A program made the position numbers and the translations under genes. A stretch of 64,000 nt of DNA, taken from contig NC_134032.1 of assembly GCF_964204645.1 (NCBI RefSeq), positions 3,682,175 through 3,746,174 of the forward strand, given 5' to 3'. Below, piece after piece: positions 60,092-64,000 of the stretch (the first letter of the stretch is position 1; each line of letters begins with the position of its first letter). This DNA is from Tubulanus polymorphus (lineage: Eukaryota > Animalia > Nemertea). The notes beneath the pieces were generated by a model that saw only the letters and a list, made by a program, of their open reading frames with translations, did no database searches and was not told where the DNA came from.

Positions 60092-60769
60092 ATGGAACCA
60101 GAACAACCACAAACTATCAATATTACAAATAACGCTGGTGTTATAAATATATATTACAAGAAGTGTTCTAAATGTGAATTAGATAAATTAGCTTTAACAG
60201 AATTTAGTAAGCGTAAGATTAGCAAAGATGGTTTTCAATATTACTGTAAAACTTGCATTAAACTATATACCAAACAATATCGAGAAGATAATATAGAACA
60301 TTACAATGATTATATGACAGAATATATGAGAGGAAGATATCAAACAGATCTTAATTTTAGATTGAAACAATGTTTACGGTCTAGATTAACACAATTATTC
60401 AACAAAGAAACACATTCAGAAACATTATCTAATTTATTGGGTTGTTCAGATGAATTTCTCAAATCATGGATTATATTTCAATTCGATGATAAAATGAATA
60501 TAGATAATTATGGGGATTATTACCATATTGATCACGTGTTACCAATATCTAAATTTAACATGAATGATGAATACAATAAAAAACTTATTTGGAATTGGAA
60601 GAATCTAAGACCTTTAGAAAAGAAAGAAAATCAAATCAAATCTAATAAACTAGATTTACAGTTATATTTAGAACGGTTAACAAAGGCAAAGAAATTTATT
60701 GATCAATGGAACAATAATCCAAATAATGAACAATACGTTGAGGAATTTGATATCAAGGATCCGAAATGA
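60092..60769 (+). CDS. HNH endonuclease of the type found in large DNA viruses, with N-terminal C4 zinc ribbon
   Basis: KKCSKC..FSKRK.SKDG.QYYCKTC; LLGCS..FLK.WI.FQF; NYGDYYHIDHVLPISKF..NWKNLRPL..KENQIKSNK. Confidence 0.82.
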   Translation: MEPEQPQTINITNNAGVINIYYKKCSKCELDKLALTEFSKRKISKDGFQYYCKTCIKLYTKQYREDNIEHYNDYMTEYMRGRYQTDLNFRLKQCLRSRLTQLFNKETHSETLSNLLGCSDEFLKSWIIFQFDDKMNIDNYGDYYHIDHVLPISKFNMNDEYNKKLIWNWKNLRPLEKKENQIKSNKLDLQLYLERLTKAKKFIDQWNNNPNNEQYVEEFDIKDPK

Positions 60770-61073
60770 CTTATCTGGACAGTTATAACTACTGCTCCTA
60801 ATAGATAAACAAAAGTAGTGAGATATCAAATCCTAATTTAAATAAAATATAATAAAAAAAACAATAACTTCAACTAGCTAATGAATTCTATTATATTTTT
60901 AATATTTTCTTTTCAAAAGAGAATACTTTATATTTTGAATAGATCCGAATAGAAATTCTTTAAATTCAAATAGCTAGTATCAGTAGTCAATACTAGAATT
61001 CTTTAGCTTTAACTATCTAGTATCATTTGAAGAATACTTATAATACTATTCTTATTAAATTTCTCTAATATAA

Positions 61074-61676
61074 ATGTCAAAGAAATCTAATAAGAATAGT
61101 ATTGATATTGAAAAAACATTAGATGATTTAGGTATTAGTGATAATAAAGATACAGTTGTTTCTAATTCTATTCAAGTTAATAACAATATTGATTATGAAT
61201 ACTATTTATATTGTAAGCATCATCTTGAATTATTGATTGCGAGTGGAAAAACTAAAGAGTTTATTGGTAAAACAATAACTTTTCAAGAACTAGACTCTAT
61301 GAAACCAGATAAAGTAATAAAATATTTTAAGATTTACGAAGAGGCAAGATTAGCTAAAATAAATGATTCTATTTCGAATGGTATTGTCAAATGTTATTCA
61401 AAATTATGTAACCAGTTAATACCAATTGATGATGAAAATAAATTATATAATGATTTGAAAAATGATTATTTAGTTATGACTGAATTACAAAAATGGGTTG
61501 GATATGCTTCATTTCAATTAGGATCGGTTATGACATTAATTTCTACTGGAGTTATAACATTTTCGAATATCAAACCTATGGAATATAAATCAGGTAAGAA
61601 CGAAACAGATGTACTACAACCAAACGTCGAAACAGAAGATGAATCAGAACAAAAATTAACTAAAATAAATGAGTGA
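61074..61676 (+). CDS. Hypothetical Polinton protein (200 aa) with a hydrophobic C-terminal segment
   Basis: Intact ORF with TAAATG start; overlaps the next ORF. Confidence 0.7.
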   Translation: MSKKSNKNSIDIEKTLDDLGISDNKDTVVSNSIQVNNNIDYEYYLYCKHHLELLIASGKTKEFIGKTITFQELDSMKPDKVIKYFKIYEEARLAKINDSISNGIVKCYSKLCNQLIPIDDENKLYNDLKNDYLVMTELQKWVGYASFQLGSVMTLISTGVITFSNIKPMEYKSGKNETDVLQPNVETEDESEQKLTKINE

Positions 61677-62037
61677 TGGCGTTAAGAAAAAGGCTAGATC
61701 CGAGAAACAAATTAAATGGGCAAGAGAATTAGGTAAAAGATCTTCAGAATTAAAAAAAGCTAAGAAAAAGAAATTAACTGATATAAATGAATCTGGTATT
61801 AATTCAAATAATAATCCATCTAATTCTTATAATGCTGGAAGTAATAATAAATTATATATTACAATTGGATTAATCACAGTAATTATATTCTCTGGTGTAA
61901 TATATAAATATAAATTTAATAATAATGAAAGTGATAATGATAATGATGAACGGAAACTTCGTTACCCATGTACAGACAATAAACCACCAGAAAATAAATC
62001 AAATGAAAATAAATCTAAAATATTATTAATGGATTAA
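61669..62037 (+). CDS. Basic N-terminus, single-TM membrane protein (122 aa)
   Basis: RSEKQIKWARELGK basic region; LYITIGLITVIIFSGVIY TM. Confidence 0.7.
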   Translation: MSDGVKKKARSEKQIKWARELGKRSSELKKAKKKKLTDINESGINSNNNPSNSYNAGSNNKLYITIGLITVIIFSGVIYKYKFNNNESDNDNDERKLRYPCTDNKPPENKSNENKSKILLMD

Positions 62038-62040
62038 AAT

Positions 62041-63129
62041 ATGATGAAAAAAGAACAATATTTAAGAGATTTATATTATAACCCAGAAAGTGAAGTTTCA
62101 TATTCAAGTGTTTCGGAATTATGGGATAAAATTAAATCTGATAATAGCAATATAAAATATAGTGAATTAAAATCATGGTTACAAAATCAACCCACATATC
62201 AAATTCATAAAAAGATGGATAAAAAATATTTAACAAGAAAAGTAATGGTTTCATATATTGACCAACAATGGCAAGCTGATTTAATTGATATGAAAAACTT
62301 AGAAGAATATAACAAAGGATATTTTTGGATACTAAATGTTATAGATATATTCAGTAGATACGCATGGAGTATCCCGATTAAAAATAAAACTGGTATAGAA
62401 GTTACAAATTCTTTCAAATTAATATTTAAAGAAGCTATTCCAGATAAGATACAATTTGATGAAGGTAAGGAATTTTATAACAAACATTTTAAAAAACTAT
62501 TAACTGATAACGATGTAGAATATTTTTCAACACATTCAGATAAAAAAGCATCTGTTATAGAAAGATTTAATAAAACATTGAAAACTAGAATGTGGAAATA
62601 TTTCACCGCTAATGAAACATATAAATATATCGATGTGTTAGATGATTTAGTTAAAGGTTATAATAATTCTAAACATAGTTCTATAAATATGAAACCTATA
62701 CAAGCTAGAAAAGAAGAAAATTCAGAAATAGTTTGGAATAATTTATATGGAGCATTTGTTACACATGATTTTGGAGAACCTAAATTTAAAATAGGACAAC
62801 ATGTTAGAATTTCTAAATATCGAAAAACATTTTATAAAGGTTATACCCCTAATTTTACTGAAGAAATATTTAAAATTAAAAAGATAATATTAACTAAACC
62901 ATTTGTTTATAAATTGTTTGATTTAAAAGATGAAGAAATATTAGGTTATTTTTATGAACAAGAATTATCATTAGTACCAAATCCAGATGAAATAGAATAC
63001 AAAATAGAAAAGGTATTGAAAACAAAAACTCTTAAAGGAAAAAAGTATTCTTTGGTGAAATATAAAGGATATGATGATAAATTTAATGAATGGATTTTAT
63101 CTAGTAAAATTAAAAGAATAAATGAATAA
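62041..63129 (+). CDS. Full-length rve integrase with C-terminal chromodomain
   Basis: LYYNP...LKSWL N-terminus, DDE motifs, chromodomain; intact 362 aa. Confidence 0.95.
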   Translation: MMKKEQYLRDLYYNPESEVSYSSVSELWDKIKSDNSNIKYSELKSWLQNQPTYQIHKKMDKKYLTRKVMVSYIDQQWQADLIDMKNLEEYNKGYFWILNVIDIFSRYAWSIPIKNKTGIEVTNSFKLIFKEAIPDKIQFDEGKEFYNKHFKKLLTDNDVEYFSTHSDKKASVIERFNKTLKTRMWKYFTANETYKYIDVLDDLVKGYNNSKHSSINMKPIQARKEENSEIVWNNLYGAFVTHDFGEPKFKIGQHVRISKYRKTFYKGYTPNFTEEIFKIKKIILTKPFVYKLFDLKDEEILGYFYEQELSLVPNPDEIEYKIEKVLKTKTLKGKKYSLVKYKGYDDKFNEWILSSKIKRINE

Positions 63130-63739
63130 AGATTTGTTTATATTTGAACCACATAATATGTTAATAACTGGAGTTACAAATTGTGGTAAAACACACTTCA
63201 TATTATATTTATTAGAAACTATTTATAAAAATCATTTTGATAATATAATATTATTCTGCCCAACTTATGAAATGAATGAAACGTATAATAGAGATATAGT
63301 TTTTAAAGATAAAAAGTTTATTATATTAAATTCTAAAACAGTGAAAGATAATTTAGATAATTGTATAAAAATTGCATTAGATATTTATAAAGGATCTAAT
63401 ACATTATTTATTATCGATGATTGCGCAAATTTACATGATTCAAAAGTTAGAGAAAGTGAGTTATGTTATTTAGCTTTCTCTGGTAGACATTTTGGGATAA
63501 CAACATGGGTTTTAAATCAGAAATATAATTCAATTGTGAAAGATTTTAGAGAGAATATAAGATTTCTAGTTTTATTCTACAACAAAGATAGAAAATCTAT
63601 GCAACAATCATTGGAAGAAAATCAACTTATACCTACTGAATTACATGATGAATATATGAATAAATTAAAGAATAATAAAGGTTCAAAATTACTTCTGAGA
63701 CTACAATTTCCATATGAATATAAATTTATAAAATCCTAA
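63122..63739 (+). CDS. A32/FtsK-family packaging ATPase
   Basis: GVTNCGKT, IIDD, GRH. Confidence 0.94.
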   Translation: MNKDLFIFEPHNMLITGVTNCGKTHFILYLLETIYKNHFDNIILFCPTYEMNETYNRDIVFKDKKFIILNSKTVKDNLDNCIKIALDIYKGSNTLFIIDDCANLHDSKVRESELCYLAFSGRHFGITTWVLNQKYNSIVKDFRENIRFLVLFYNKDRKSMQQSLEENQLIPTELHDEYMNKLKNNKGSKLLLRLQFPYEYKFIKS

Positions 63740-63747
63740 TTCAAAAT

Positions 63748-63835
63748 ATTATAGAATTCACTGTATATTGATGGATGAGTGGATGAATTGGATGAATTGG
63801 ATGAGTGGATGAATGGATGAGTGTAATAATATATA
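63748..63835 (+). repeat. Copy of the post-ATPase inverted-repeat arm (as 1614-1710)
   Basis: ATTATAGAATTCACTGTATATTGATGGATGAG followed by TGGATGA repeats. Confidence 0.85.
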
Positions 63836-64000
63836 ATTTACATATGTTTTTTATTTTTAAAACAGTAAGAGTTTGATTTGAAGTTATTTTATCAATTTTA
63901 TATTATATTTAAATATTATTTTAATAATATATATATTGTGTTAAATTTAATAAAGAATATAAATATTATATTTATACTCATACTATTCTTCCAATTTATG

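Larger units (their letters stand above)
58191..64000 (+). mobile_element. Polinton/Maverick copy B (same family as A), left end; runs off the window
   Basis: Starts AGTAATAGG; TIR matches the right end of copy A; integrase and ATPase near-identical to copy A. Confidence 0.95.

Overview
AT-rich, repeat-dense animal genomic DNA, probably a marine invertebrate (inferred from spliceosomal introns, a caspase, a tRNA-derived SINE, and Penelope, DIRS and Gypsy relics). The window is dominated by Polinton/Maverick-type endogenous DNA viruses. Copy A (17-14705) is 5'-interrupted and copy B (58191 to the window end) supplies the left end. Together they reconstruct a ~18.5 kb element encoding an HNH nuclease, chromo-integrase, packaging ATPase, zinc-finger protein, double-jelly-roll capsid, a block of membrane proteins, penton, an OB-fold protein and pPolB, with no recognisable adenain protease. 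There is also a 3 kb internally deleted mini-Polinton with a 6-bp TSD (15306-18292) and a third pPolB fragment. The main element has several unusual features: nearly every ORF starts in TAAATG preceded by a T-tract (virion genes) or an A-tract (other genes), like poxvirus late and intermediate promoters; its terminus is a 267-bp imperfect hairpin; it carries a giant-virus-type HNH nuclease; and it has a heat-shock/UPR-like motif cluster. The working hypothesis is an animal virophage-like Polinton that uses a helper NCLDV's transcription machinery. Between the viruses lies an intact 4-exon host gene encoding a caspase-3/7-like protease with a ~295-aa beta-propeller-like prodomain and a GC-AG intron. 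Penelope-type minimal hammerhead ribozymes, local segmental duplications, MITEs and minisatellites are also present. All family assignments come from motif recognition by eye; no database searches were run.
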